A stretch of DNA of 63,998 bases, counting the filler, from Basidioascus undulatus (lineage: Eukaryota), in assembly GCA_000826855.1 (NCBI GenBank). It is 6 parts of 6 records of this genome, joined end to end, with 100 filler letters (N's around TTAATTAATTAA, not from the genome) between each part and the next. Parts side by side here need not be neighbours in the genome. Positions count along the whole stretch, not along the records: positions 50,151 to 57,483 come from JTLS01001575.1; positions 57,584 to 63,998 come from JTLS01001748.1; 4 more parts are not named here. One strand, 5' to 3'. Each line of letters begins with the position of its first letter. The stretch's first letter is position 1. The notes beneath the pieces are model-generated. The model was not told the origin of the DNA and searched no databases. It was given only the letters and a program-made list of their open reading frames with translations. Of the stretch, positions 50,151 to 62,836 are shown one piece after another. Position numbers and translations under genes: made by a program.

Positions 50151-52703
50151 AGGAGGTGGGGAAGCCAAAACGACGTAATTCCGCGGACTTCGAGAAGGAA
50201 GAGCTCAGCTTGTTGCCACGGGATGTGGCCCAGGCCGGACGCGTAGACGGCGATGAAGACGATCAAACTGATGACGACCGAGTCGGCCGGCCCCTTCGCG
50301 TAGACGGTGCCGTCCACGAGTTGTTGTCGGTCGGCTTAGTGAGGTAGTGGAACGCGACGGCTGCTGCAGCGCTCTCGGCTTGGGTACTGGGAAGGGAACC
50401 TTGACGGGGGTTGGATTACCAGGCCCCTGCCCACCGTCGACCCTACGGCGGCAGTTCTGTTGGTATCCAGGGGACACGCTGTGCATATACGCACCCGGCG
50501 AGGCGGCTCGTCTGCCGACCTAGCTTGGTAAGTTACCACTCTCACAGGGGCCCCGCAGTATTCACATAGGTCTTGAGAGGGCATGGCATCCATGTCCGCA
50601 CAACCCCCCAGTTGTGCACCCCCTCCCCACGAGGTCGATGTTCATCCCGGGACCAGTGATGAGCATCTACCGGGAAGGGCAAATTTTGCTCGTCAGCTCA
50701 TTGCCTCGCCCATTGCAACACAGTGAATGGAACGCACCAGGCGACGGCGTCCCACCCTGTCAACGAGTACCATTCCCACGCAAGTAAAGACGAAGTTGGC
50801 CCCCGCAACGATCAGGCCTGCGGCAGCAGCGTTATCGAATCCCAGGCTCTTGAAGATTGTGGCTGTGGTCATCAAAATCAGTACCGAGAGTCGTAAATTT
50901 GCATTGTAGATCTCCGTGAACGACCTACCGGAGTAGTACATCAAGCTGTGGTCACGGAGCAGCCCGGTCAGTTTCCATCCCTATTCATTGATAGAGGGCA
51001 AAACTTACGAGTTAAATCTGTCCTGTTCATTAACCACTGTCCGCAATCATCACATCATTCACCAAGAACTCACCCCGAAAGCTGCTGGTACGCCTGAAGA
51101 CCGCAGGCAACAATGAGCGCACGCCGATTGACTGGGATCTTGAACATCTTAATGCGCTCCCAAGGAGTGGTTGTGCGGGTGATGGATCTTTGCCGCAGAG
51201 CCTCAGCTCATTGTGTTCCGCCGTATGATGGGAATAGCGGGAATCGGATACTCACAGCGACTCCTCCACGTTGTGCTCAAGCACACGAAGCTTCAGGTCG
51301 ATCTGGTCCTCCGGCGCGTTGCGGTAGATCTTCCTCAAGACGTTGCGAGCGCCTTCGGTAACGTTCCGAGTGAGAAGATAGCGCGGTGATTCCGGGAGGA
51401 GGTGCATGAGGACTAGCTGCAGGATCGAGGGTTGTATTCTGACACGTAAGCTCCCCTCATGACGCATGTCAGAAGCGAAGAAATGGACGCACCCAATTGC
51501 TACCATCCACCTCCAGCCGTGAGGGACGTTGTTGAACGCTGCGCCGATCGCGTATGCGACTGTTTCAACATTGTAGCGCTGAGCAGTCCTGAAGCATTTC
51601 CACCTTTTTCTACTCACGAAGCTGTCCCATTGTGATGCAAAGCGAGTTGATGGTGACCAGACGTCCACGGAGCTTCATTGGTGCGAGCTCGCCGATGTAG
51701 AGCGGAGCGAGAGCAGCAACCGAACCGACGCCCAAACCGAGGAGCAAACGCCCGACCGAGGCCTGCGCCATGCTGATTGTTCCTCCAATTTCCGCTTAAG
51801 CATTACATAATTTTCTCCCTCAAAAAAGAGAATGTACCTGAAGGACGCAGCGATGATCGCTGCTCCGATGATAAAGCTGGACCGCAACGCAGCCGTCTCA
51901 GTTTCAACCCCAGCCAGCTCACTGAGAACATCGCAACTTACAAAAGGTCGGCGATAGCCAGCGTCCACTTGCGACCTAGGCGGTCAGAGATGAGGCCAGA
52001 AACGAGACTGCCGAAAAGTGCGCCGACCGTCGTCATCGAGCTAGAGAACAGTACCCATCGTCAGCATCAGGTGGCAGCGACGCACTGTGAAAAAATTGGA
52101 CACTTACGTAATAACCTCTTTTTGGCTGTTGGAAAGCTCTTCCGGACCAAGATCGCTCCCGATAAGAACCAACGCCCCACTGATAACGCCCGTGTCGTAG
52201 CCTAGATGTTGAAGAACGTATACCACGAGCCAGGCAAGGCGCAAGAAAACTGCGACGCGTACCGAAGAGGGTACCGGACAGGCCAGCCACAAAACAAAGG
52301 AAGACGATGAATCCCTCCATCTGCGGAGAAAGGTCAGCCCCAGAAACATATGCAAAGGCGTAAGTTCCTAAGCTTACCTTCTCTTCTCCTTCCACAATGA
52401 TAATGTTCTCGTCAACGTCGACCGGTGCTGTTGGCCTCCGCACGAAATCGGGCGCAACGGGCGCCTTGATGCCGTTGAACTCGAGGTGCTCATCGGAGTC
52501 CATACGAGCAAGGAATCGTTCCTTGTCCTTATCGGTGACGGCCGCGGTGGCGGCGAACTTTGGTTGTTGCGGTGTTGCCGTCGTGGGCGCAGTCGGGTCG
52601 AAGGAGGGGTCAGGGATGTGAGTTGGGGTGGAATTAGTGTCGGCTGGCTCGTGTTCAAGTATGTGCCATGAATGTGGGTGACCTGGGGCCAAGGAAAGGC
52701 CAT
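50151..52703 (-). CDS. MFS myo-inositol transporter (ITR-like), 3'-partial, apparently disrupted by an insertion and a frameshift; start approximate
   Basis: [54 protein letters not shown] (9- and 17-nt microexons), [25 protein letters not shown]. Confidence 0.9.
50368..50627 (-). mobile_element. ~260-bp insertion within a transporter exon, carrying a TFIIS-type zinc ribbon ORF (ATG 50593)
   Basis: Host frame PGMNIDLV | insert | [10 protein letters not shown]; insert encodes [41 protein letters not shown]; 7-bp stem hairpin at 50598-50617. Confidence 0.7.
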
Positions 52704-54979
52704 GTTTGGCTGCTTATATCTGTCCGAGGAAACGGAGCTGGGGGCAGCACCAGGCTGTCAATCCAGGGCCCACAACCGTCCACGCGAACATGCCTGACAG
52801 CCATTAGCGCGATCATTTGCGTGCCTTTGTGGCCCCAGACGGAGCACCATTAATTCCCCCTCACGGAGAATATACTTCGGCAGTGTGGGAAAGCGGGGAA
52901 ATGATGAAGGTGCAGCACAGGATGTTCCGAGCGATTCGGAGGAAGGATCTGCGCGTCAAGAAGCTGAGCCTCGCTCGCCTGTCTGCGGCATGCATGATTC
53001 CTACAGATTAACGGTCTAGGCATCGGCTTTCCATCAAGGACAGCGTTTTTTCAAAAGTTCACAGAAGAGAAAGTGCGAAATACAGGAAGACGAAACCGGG
53101 GTTGAGGGAGGAGAGACAGAAATCACCAGAACTCCGCCCTTGTCGACTCCGCCGGCGGCAACGTTGAGGATCATAGCGGCGATGACGTCGCAAAGAGCCT
53201 CACACTTGAGCTTCACCACCTTGAGCACGCCGCATTTGCGCCGCCCCCCAGCAATAGCGGCGGAGACGGAACGAGCCTGAAAGGGCCTGAGCGGTCGCAC
53301 CGACTCGAAGATAAGCATCCCAGACCAAGTAACGACGGCGGTGACTGCAGCGGCAACGAAGCGTCAGCTGTGGGCTGTGGTGGCAGTGCAGCAACCTGCA
53401 ACGGAGAACCCCCATTCTCCCTGCCGTTCCCGAACTATCTGAGGGACAATGGAAACGACGAGAAACATGGAACTCATGGAAGACCGTCTTGTAACGAAGA
53501 GTTGCTCGGCTCATACTGTATGCATCTGCTTGCATCTGCCCCGACGCAGCACCCACCACGGAGGTTTCGTACACTGATGAAACTGTGCATTGTCGTGAAG
53601 TAATCCACTCAGGAAATATCGAGCACTTTCCCCGATATGCCCGGACAAAATTCAGATGTGAGCTTTCGAATGCTCACAGGCCGAACATGTACGCAAGCTG
53701 CGAAACCAGGACCGGAGGGCTTCAACGGGGAAGAAGGTGGACGGACCACCGTATTGTCGCCGTGCAGCTTAGTGACCCCATGTATCCGAGTATACTTACA
53801 TTTTATGCAGCGATTTAAACTACTGTAGTCCATTAAGACCAGCAGAGACGGCTTGCAGCTCTCATCACGTAGCTCTCGGTTGCGGATTGAGCATCCTGAT
53901 CCCCGCCAGACCAGATCAGCAGAACAATCCGCAGCCTACCAAATCGCTTCATAGCGGACCATGAATAATTTTGTAAAGCGTGTCTAAGTTAAAATGAATC
54001 AAAGACACTTACCACCTCCATACGACAAGGGTTTGGGTGCTGGGTCAACCCTACAGAAATCGCTTATGGGTTTTGCTTTTCACCTTCCGTGATGCTCTTA
54101 ACTATCCATGCCACTGACAGGGTTGGCCTTATATGTTCATCTTGTTGAAATATCCCAGACCAGATTAAGCAAAAGAGAAGAATCGGGTGACTGGACTGCC
54201 GTCAAGCGACAGTGGAGTTCCAATTTTCCAAGTATCTGGCTAACAAAGCATCAAAGCAAGAAAGCTTGGACACGGACAATGCCAGGCATACAACCTCCGA
54301 ATCAATATACCAATATACGTTACTTTTATGGTTCAAGGCCCAGCCAGCCAGCACAGCAAGTCGCCCTTTTCTCACCTCTACTCTCCATCGCTAACTCAAG
54401 CAAAATCAACGTCGGCCCTCTTCACTGCCTCCCAAGCCCACTCCAGTACACAGATGTAAGATTCGCGCACGTTGAGCCCGGGAAGCGGCCGCCGCAGGAT
54501 AGGGAACCTCCTGTACATCTGCGCCCCACGCAGGTCTGAACCGTGTCAAGTCGCCGCGGCCGAATCCCCGGAAACAGGCGGATGCACACTCACGTAGGCG
54601 CAGCAGGACTGCACCCGGGCATGGTGGTGGTGGGCGGCTGGCAACCCGTGCGCGGGCGGGACGCCTTTGAGCAAGTCAACAGGCTGGCGGGGAAAATCTG
54701 TCGTGACTCGTACACATATGTCTTCGCAATCCTGATCCTCAATCCCCAGGCAGCTTAAGCTGCAAAAAGTGGTTTCTCCGTCTGGAAACGCTGATCTCCT
54801 GCAAGAAACTTTCAAATGCAACATGTCGTGAAAGAGACAACTAATCAGACTGTACTAGGCGATGAGCTGGGGCGAGTGATCCCACACACGACCGGAAGCT
54901 TGGGCACTACCAAGAAGGATAGTCATAAACTTGCGTTCAGCATCCTTATCCGAGGCTTACGTATTGACGACCGTATCAG

Positions 54980-55338
54980 TACTTTTACGGCTGGGGCTTC
55001 GGCGACCGCAACATACTTCCCCTTGATGTCGGGGAACGCCAGCGCCGACTGCCAGAACGTCTGGGCATTCACCTTCGGCATCCCACACGCCGGCACGCAG
55101 CCGGCTCAGTGGTGCTTCGATTACGCGGCGGACGGCCAGTCGGCCAAGGCGAACGTGCACATGAACGGGCAGCAGCTCGCGTGCGTGTACGACAACAACA
55201 TCAACAGCAGCAACGCGCCCGTCCTCCTCACCGAGAGCTGCGTCAACTTGCTGCGTCAACTTCATCGACGCCAACGACGGGTAGGCTGGGGCGTACATCT
55301 CCTACGCCGACCTCGGCCATCACTTCGACTGGGATTGA
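54980..55338 (+). pseudogene. Relic of a small Cys-containing protein broken by a 13-bp tandem duplication and a stop
   Basis: DCQNVWAFTFG...WCFDY...LACVYD...TESCVN; GCTGCGTCAACTT repeated at 55237-55262; without the duplication it reads CVNFIDANDG*AGAYISYADLGHHFDWD*. Confidence 0.5.
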
Positions 55339-55953
55339 TGTTCGGACTTTCCACCGCCTCCCTCGTCTCCTTCCTTATCGTTTTTCTCGTGGCTTTTGTC
55401 TTCTCATTTGCTGACTATATCGGACATCAATTATTGCTGTGCAAGGCTGCTGTCCACGTTTGATATGCTCTTGGGCTGTGATGCTTGCGCAGTCGGCAGC
55501 TCGCCGGGTATGGACTGGCTTGGTCGCTTGAAAGGGGTGAGCAGCTTGCTTCTTTCTGCTGCGGTGCGTACCTGATGAGTCGTTGAAAGCTTAGATTGAA
55601 TGTGCAAAAGCTTGATGCCGGGTCCCGCCTCATATGAGCCCCCTCTCCCAGGTGCGTGGCGTAGCAGCGCAGTGTAAATATTTCAGCACCCACGCAGACC
55701 TGCACGCCGAGCAGTCCGCATTGTGCATCGTCAACGCCGCAGGAATGGCGAGCAGGCAAGGAGGCATCGTGGTCGACTAAGATGACGTCTAGGGTAAACA
55801 GTGAAGCAAGCATACAAACAACCCGCTCAGCGCACTGCGAGCGAACCCCCCACCCAAAAACAACAGGACTATCTGTAACACGAGCGCAAATCGCACCTCC
55901 ACCCCCCTCCCTCTTGTCCGTCAGTCCGCCGGCGCCCATCTCCTCTTCCTCCC

Positions 55954-56291
55954 TTACGTATATCGATCCCTCCCCGCTTCCCACCTCCTCCACACCTCCT
56001 CGAACCCCTTCTCCAGATTCCTCACCAAGCGCTTCGTGTCAAACAGCAGGCTCGTCTCTCGTGTTTCCCACAGCGCGCGAGCTCGGCGCGCCCCGCTCCG
56101 GGGGTGGCGAGGTGCACGGCGCGCGCGACGTACGCGTCCTCCGAGTCGACCACATCGAGGCGCCAAAACCCGTAGCTTGCGAAACGGACGCGCCAACTCG
56201 CGAGCACATGCGCAGCGGGTACTTCTCCGGGTGTGTCAGGAAGGGGTGTCGCACCCCGGAGAATGTCGCATGCGATTGTGTGCGTGTTGCA
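55954..56291 (-). pseudogene. Isolated C-terminal fragment of O-GlcNAc transferase (GT41) with three frameshifts
   Basis: CNTHTIACDILRGATP / FLTHPEKYPLRMCSRVGASVSQATGFGASM / VDSEDAYVARAVHLAT / LWETRETSLLFDTKRLVRNLEKGFEEVWRRWEAG in three frames, preceded by ctgac...gcag acceptor. Confidence 0.8.
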
Positions 56292-56863
56292 CTGCCACAT
56301 GAATCGCCGGTCTGCGTCAGCGCCCGATCGAGACTTTTGACATCTCTCTTTCCAACCGAGAGTCTATACAGGCCTGTAAATTGGGATCGTTGCTAATGGT
56401 AAAGCAACAGTCCGGAAATCAAAAAGTATATATCTGGAAGACAGCACATTTCGAGGAGGAGCGCTGTGCTGTATGACGCAGTGCTTTGTAGACCGAGGCC
56501 GCCGCTGCCGCTGAGTTTTGCAAACCTTTGCTCGACTTGCACCTGAACGCTCACGACGATCGCTCTGCCCTCGCTCACGCCCCAATCTACCGGCATTTTC
56601 ATATCGCACCGCTGCTCGGGCGCTGCCTCTCCTGTTGCAGACGGTGTATACGCGTCTCTGACCGAAATCCTGCTCGAATCGCCGCGCTCCTGCCGCACAC
56701 GGTCCTGGCAATCCGTCGCATCAGCGCGTCTCCGCACCTCCATTCGTGCTGGGCGCTCCCATAGCGCACCTCATCGACTGTACGCGCTCCCATCTAAAGT
56801 ACGATGCTAGAAGATGCTCACGTTTGTTCTCTCCATCAGCTCCGCCATCTCGGCTACTCCGCC

Positions 56864-57483
56864 ATGCCTTCAGCAACGCCGTCCACCTCGCTCGCCGTCG
56901 CTCGGCTCGGGGCCACAGACCCCCAGCCAGCTCGAAACATTGCGCGGCAGATTCCTGCGTTCTTGAACAAGCTCTACACGTGAGTCGTAGTCTCCTTGCG
57001 GCTTGGAGTGGGCGGATGGATGGAAGTCAGATTTCGGAGAGGCAAGGCAGCTCGGGAACCCACTTAATCACCCTTACATTGTCTGACACTGTGTTCTTTT
57101 GCAGGATGGTCAACGATCCAGCAACAGACGAGCTCATCTACTGGTCTGATGCTGGCGATTCCTTCTTTGGTGCGCCGTTCTTTCGAGCTTCGCGCATTGC
57201 AGCCACAGCTTACCCCGACTGGCCCCTGCCCAGTCCCCCATCACGAGCGCTTCGCCAAGGAGCTCCTCCCGCGCTTCTTCAAGCACAACAACTACTCCTC
57301 CTTCGTCCGCCAGCTTAACATGTACGGCTTCTCCAAGGTCCCGCACCTGCAGCAGGGCGTCCTCCACACCGACAACCCGAACGTCCACGAGCTCTGGGAG
57401 TTCACGAACTCGAACTTCCAGCGCGACCAGCCGGACCTGCTGTGCCTCGTGCACCGCAAGAAGCCCGCGGGCGAGGGCGGCGG
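56864..57483 (+). CDS. HSF1: Heat shock factor DNA-binding domain protein, 3'-partial
   Basis: [10 protein letters not shown] / [21 protein letters not shown] / [38 protein letters not shown]...[23 protein letters not shown]. Confidence 0.88.
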
Positions 57484-57583
57484 NNNNNNNNNNNNNNNNN
57501 NNNNNNNNNNNNNNNNNNNNNNNNNNNTTAATTAATTAANNNNNNNNNNNNNNNNNNNNNNNNNNNNNNNNNNNNNNNNNNNN
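57484..57583. other. Artificial contig linker
   Basis: N44-TTAATTAATTAA-N44. Confidence 0.98.
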
Positions 57584-58516
57584 TGCCTACTGAAGACTAT
57601 TCCCACCCGCAGCTCGTCGTGCAGCTCAACTCGGCGCTCGACAGCTTACTCCCACCGCCTAGCAAGCTGGCCGGCTATCTGTCTGGCGCGCGGCCACGCA
57701 CAGGGATCAGCCGCCCGCGCTCGAGAAAGAAAGCTTCATCGCTGGGTGCACAGTACTTTTGCCGTTTCTTGTACCCGTATCATTTCTGGCCATTTCTTTA
57801 TCTGTGACTCTCCATGAATATACACGTCAGCTAAGTGGGAAAGTGTTGGGGTCTTGAGACAGGCATGATCCATTCTCTTCCTTGAGAAACGACTTCGCAG
57901 CTATGGTGTGCAGTTGATGCAAGGCTGTATTGTTAGACTGGGGTAGACCAAGAGGTAATTAGACGGGGAATGGAAAACCACACACTTCCGAATCTATATT
58001 TTGAGTTGTGGGTAGTCATACCAGAACATCCTAGTTCTGGAGCCCTTGGAGCGTTCGTGCTCGCGGGATTGGTTGACACAGCGGACCGCTCTAACGTTTA
58101 TTGTTTATTGGCCGCGTGAAGTCACCGAACCCGGGATGTACGACAGCATCCCATCGCCGGCCAACATGCCGTCTGTTTGAGTTGTGGTCAACACGGCCAG
58201 TCAATGGGGGATCGCCGCAAGTTGCACAGCTTGCTCTGGCCGTGCTAGGCCGCGCTCGCTTTCGCTCGCTCCTTCGGTGCCCGTCGCCAGTTCCTGCTTT
58301 TGCCTTCTCTTCCAAAACTAGAATACCGGGGACTTCTCCCAATACTCTGCAATGTCGGACCAGATACTCGCCAGCGCAAACTACGATGTTCAGGCGCTGT
58401 ACAAGTACGCGTCCGTTGAACCGCAGGATCGGTAAAAGGCTGGGTGCTGAAGCGGTGGGGCCTTCAGAGCTCTCAGCCCCGAACTTTGGGACGCCTGGAC
58501 CGGGGATAAAGAAGGT

Positions 58517-58933
58517 ATGAGTCCTCTGCCTACCCGCCTGTCTCGGCTAATAGGCAAAGTCAGGTGGCGTCCAGGAGTGGCTTCTGCGCTTGTACGTCCA
58601 GGCTCTAGTAAACCAACAAAAGCGGCGTTGACTTTGGAGGACCTTAGTGAGGAAATTATCGACAACACCATAGAGCTCTTCCACGCGGTAAATGTACTTC
58701 TCTCCGCCTTTCGAGCGGCCCACAATGCTGAAGTAGCGGACACGCAGCACTTCTTGTGGGAAGAGACGAGAGAGTCGGCGCGGAGGGCAGCAAACGATTG
58801 CTTGCGATGTGAGTACCCCTCGGTATCGTTAGAATGCCCCAAGATTCAACTTCCAAGTCGGTGCAGTCAACATCCCCATAGACGACATCCAGCACGAGGT
58901 CTTGCGGCTCAAGGAGGGACTCGAGGTGCGTGA
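58517..58933 (+). pseudogene. Possible F-box-like gene start or relic
   Basis: LTLEDLSEEIIDNTIE resembles the F-box start L..LP.EI...I; no downstream LRRs seen. Confidence 0.3.
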
Positions 58934-59362
58934 TTCTTCGACAATTGTGTACTCCAACGAGCTTCCTGATCTACCCTGACCCAGTACTTGAAGCTGGACC
59001 TGAGCACGGAGTAGGTCTTTGGGAGCGCGATATGCGTGGTTGTTGGCGGTCAGTTGCTCGTCGTCGTCCTGCTACTTGCCTTTCGGGACGGCTTTCCGCC
59101 CACACCGGTAGGGGTTCAGAGAGATCGCATCTTCCGATCAGTTCTCGTATGATCGTTTGGCTTTGTATCGATTTGAAGTAACGGAAGCCTACTAAAAAGC
59201 TGCACACAGGACTGTCAAATGGTGGAATGTCAAGTTGTCAAGCCTACCAACCCTAACCTCGACGTTTGACCCTGTTGCCTGTCGCCCGCTGGCATGCTCG
59301 TCAGCTGGCGTCTTCTCTTTCCACTTTCCACCAAACCACCTCCGTGTTTTCCATATTTCACA

Positions 59363-61258
59363 ATGCCGGCACAGCTCTTCGCGATTGGTACGCTGCTAGT
59401 GCCGCTGGTGGATATTCTGAGCGGGATTGGAGACTGAGAGATGGGTTTGGGTGGGTGCGGTGCGGATCAGGCAACCCGCTCCTGGACAGTGCGTTTTCTT
59501 TGCTTTCGAATCTGTTGTAGTGTCCGCTGACGCCTAGATTGTGCAGTGTCCGTCCACGACGACGGCACGCTCCTGAAGAAGTACGACCTCAAGCCGAACG
59601 ACGCCATCCTCGCTGGGGACAAGCACCAGCCGATGTGCGGATCCTCCCCCGCCTTTCGCACCAATTGCTGGCTGAGGTATTGACGCATAATTTCGTCCGA
59701 TTCAGCTACCAGGAGCTCGTGGAGAAGTACAAGCCGCTATACATTGCCGGCGGTGCTGCCCAGAACGCTGCCCGCTCTGCCGCCGTTCGTCCCCCCACCC
59801 TCCGGCTCCCAGCCCCCTTCCCTCCGTCCCGCTCGAGCTGATGGAATACGCGGCCTGGGACGGGAGATAGTACGTTCTCCCTGAGAACTCGGTCGTCTAT
59901 GCCGGCGCGGTCGGCAACGACAACCTCGCCGAGACCCTGCGCGCTGCGAACGCGAAGGAGGGCGTCGAGAGCGCGTACCAGGTCGTGGAGGGCACCCCCA
60001 CCGGCGCGTGCGCGGTCATCATCACTGGCCACGACCGGTCAGTCTTGAGCACCTTTCTGTTTCTGAGATAAGGAGAGGGGCGTGGCTCGATAGGCTGGAA
60101 AGAAAGCGGCCGGGTTTATGGAGGTGGGAGAACCGGGCGAATCGGGTGGAACAGGGACCAATAGCGACGGCTAGGAGGTACAGGCATGCTGGAGCAGATG
60201 CTGTTCCCTCACCGCCCTGCGACGTTGCCCATGTCCACCGAACAATCATGTCCCCGCCTTTGTAGTCCGCTGACTCCCGTTCCTTGCGTCTCTGTCTCTC
60301 CCCATCATGCGCCTCCCACTCCCCTCCAGGTCCCTCGTCACCAACCTCGCAGCCGCAGAGAAGTTCGACATCTCGCACCTGCGCAAGCCCGAGATCAAGG
60401 CGCACATCGAGGGCGCCAAGTACTACTACCTCGGCGGCTTCTTCCTCACCCACGGCCTCGAGAGCGCGCTCGAGGTTGCGAAGCACGCGGCGGGGCAGAG
60501 CAAGGTGAGTTGGCGTTCGCTTGCCGGTGGGGTTTCCGGCGGGGGTCCGAGGACGGGCAAGGCGGAGGGGGTGCGCTGGTGTAGGAGGCGTCGGTGTCCA
60601 GGTGCACGAGGCGATACGATGGGGCCAGAATGGCTTCCTTTCAACTTCCTAGCGATATCGAAAATTACGTCGCGCGTCGGGATCGGCCGCTGACATCTTT
60701 ACACCCTCAGGTCTTCTCCATGAACCTCTCCGCGCCGTTCTTGCCCCAGTTCTTCAAGGTCCAGATTGACCAAATCCTGCCCTACGCCGACATCGTCATT
60801 GGCAACGAGTCCGAGGCTGAGGCTTACGCGGAGTCGCACGGTCTTGCTGTTCGTTCACCCCCATCATTGTGCACTGTTCCCTCTGCACCCGCTAAGATCA
60901 CCCCGTGCCTTCCACCACACAGGAGAAGGACGCCGCGTCCGTTGCGCTCGCGATCGCCTCCCTCCCGAAGGTGAACGCCTCGCGTGCGCGCACGGTCGTG
61001 ATCACTCAGGGCCCTGGCCCGACGGTCGTGGCCACCTCGGCCTCGCAAGAGACGAAGCAGTACCCGACCGAGCCGGTCAAGTCGGAGGAGATCGTCGACA
61101 CGAACGGCGCGGGCGACGCGTTTGCCGGCGGCTTCATCGGCGCGCTCATCGCGGGCAAGAGCACCGAGGACGCCGTCAAGGCCGGCCAGAAGCTTGGAGG
61201 CCTGTGCATTCGCCAGAACGGGCCGGCGCTGCCGTACCCGAAGCAGCAGGTTCTGTGA
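59363..61258 (+). CDS. ADO1: Adenosine kinase (PfkB family), multi-exon
   Basis: GNPLLD, KYDLKPNDAIL, AGGAAQNAAR, TPTGACAVIITG, SLVTNLAAAEKF, YLGGFFLTH, MNLSAPF, GNESEA, IVDTNGAGDAFAGGF. Confidence 0.95.
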
Positions 61259-62075
61259 GCGGGGATTGGGAAGGTTGGGATGAGAAGGGCAGGGCAGGGA
61301 CGGGCAGCATAGACGACTTTCAACAAGCATGAGGTTAGAGGCGGATAGGGGTTTTCCTTTTTTTCGACAAAGTTACGTGGGACGATTGACGTTCGCACTT
61401 CATCGCATATTTGCTCAACGCAACTGCAACATGACTGCGTGGGTGGCGGAACGCAGCAGTTAAAAATGTACAAATGCAAACAAATGTCTACAGAACGTGG
61501 ATCGCAATTGCCTGGACACGGCAGTTCAAGGGGTCCATGGGCATCAAATTCAGGAGCGCGGCGCGGGTGTTCAAACATTCTTTCAGGCCCAGCGAACAAC
61601 AACATATCGGTTGTGTCTGTTCCAATCAAGCGACGCTGCGGCGCTGCGAGAGGCAAGTGCCTGGCGCACAGCGGACTGTGAAAGCAGGGTGCAGCCTAGG
61701 TGGTGAACTTATTAGCTTCAAGGACGACAGCGCATGAGATGTGATACGAATAGAGGAAACACTTATACGAACAGGAAACATTTGACTGCCGTGCCAAATC
61801 TGAATAGACCAGAACGCACTGGCGGCATGTTGAAGAATGATCTTCCCTGGCGTCGCAGCAGTTGCTGCGCTACGGTCGTCGCCGTACACGGGGCTTTCGT
61901 CATAGCTACCGCGTAATAATCTGATAACTTTCAGCTGCTAATATGCTATCTTGTAACGTCAGCGTCCGCAAGCCGCAGCCCAGCATCCCGCCTTCGCGCG
62001 GTCTCGTCGTTCACAGCGAAGAACCTTCAAAAGCACCCCACCTCTGTCGCCTTTACCTATAAACCCCTTGCACGC

Positions 62076-62611
62076 ATGGAGTCGAACGAAGTCCTTCTTA
62101 GCACTCTCAGCTCTCCCCAACTAAGGCACGCGATCGTCGACGTCCTCGGGGTAGAGACGGCTACGTCCGGTTCAGTTCGACTTCCCAAACATTGATTGTT
62201 GGGATGTCAACGGCAGTCTCCGCGAATGCAAGGCGTGGACGACACAATCTGTAGGAACCATCGGCGGTTCATACGACTCCCTTGGCCTAAGTCACCGCCG
62301 GATCCGGACGGGAATCCGGAGGACGGCTTTGAGCGCGCCTGCTCGCAGCTGAGGGAGAAAGTACTCGCCCGGGAAGGGAACGCCGTGCTCGACCTCAAAT
62401 GGCATACCGCGCCGCTGTGCCATCAGGAGAGCAACTCCCTCGTTTCCTTACGCCACAGCCGGGCGATTGGTTTGTCTCCGGGACGGTGGTGCATTTGGCG
62501 GAGATACGGAAGGTGAGCCCTTGGGTTGAACGAAACATGGCAGCGCTGGTTCTGAGCAAGGTGATTCAGGAGGGCTGGGCACACTCGCGAGACTTGGGCT
62601 CCCGAGGATGA
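62076..62611 (+). CDS. YbjQ/UPF0145-like small protein; one intron resolved, one frame change unresolved
   Basis: EVLLSTL...IVDVLGVETA / FERACSQLREKVLAREGNAVLDLKW / WFVSGTVVHL; TATAAA at about 62058. Confidence 0.5.
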
Positions 62612-62836
62612 GGGAGATAAGGGAGTTACATGTGTGGGGTCTGCCCAGCTGCTACCAGGAGGCCGAGCGCAACGAAGCACTGCATGTCACCGTGTCATGT
62701 TGCCAGGGCAGCCAGGCAGCGCCTCTGTGCTACATAATAAAGCCCACTTGCCCCGCTTAAGATGCAAGTTGATCACAGAGTCAGTGTGTCTGCAGGCGAT
62801 AGGGTCTCTTGATTGCTTTGGGCGCAACTAAGCCAT

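Noticed and set aside
50598..50617. Hairpin as a Helitron 3' terminus
   Set aside because: No CTRR end at the expected distance and no TC start seen; kept only as a feature of the insert
27725..57583. Regular ~7.44-kb spacing of TTAATTAATTAA-containing N blocks
   Set aside because: Assembly linkers between contigs of 7349, 7344, 7333 and 7333 bp sorted by length; not biological
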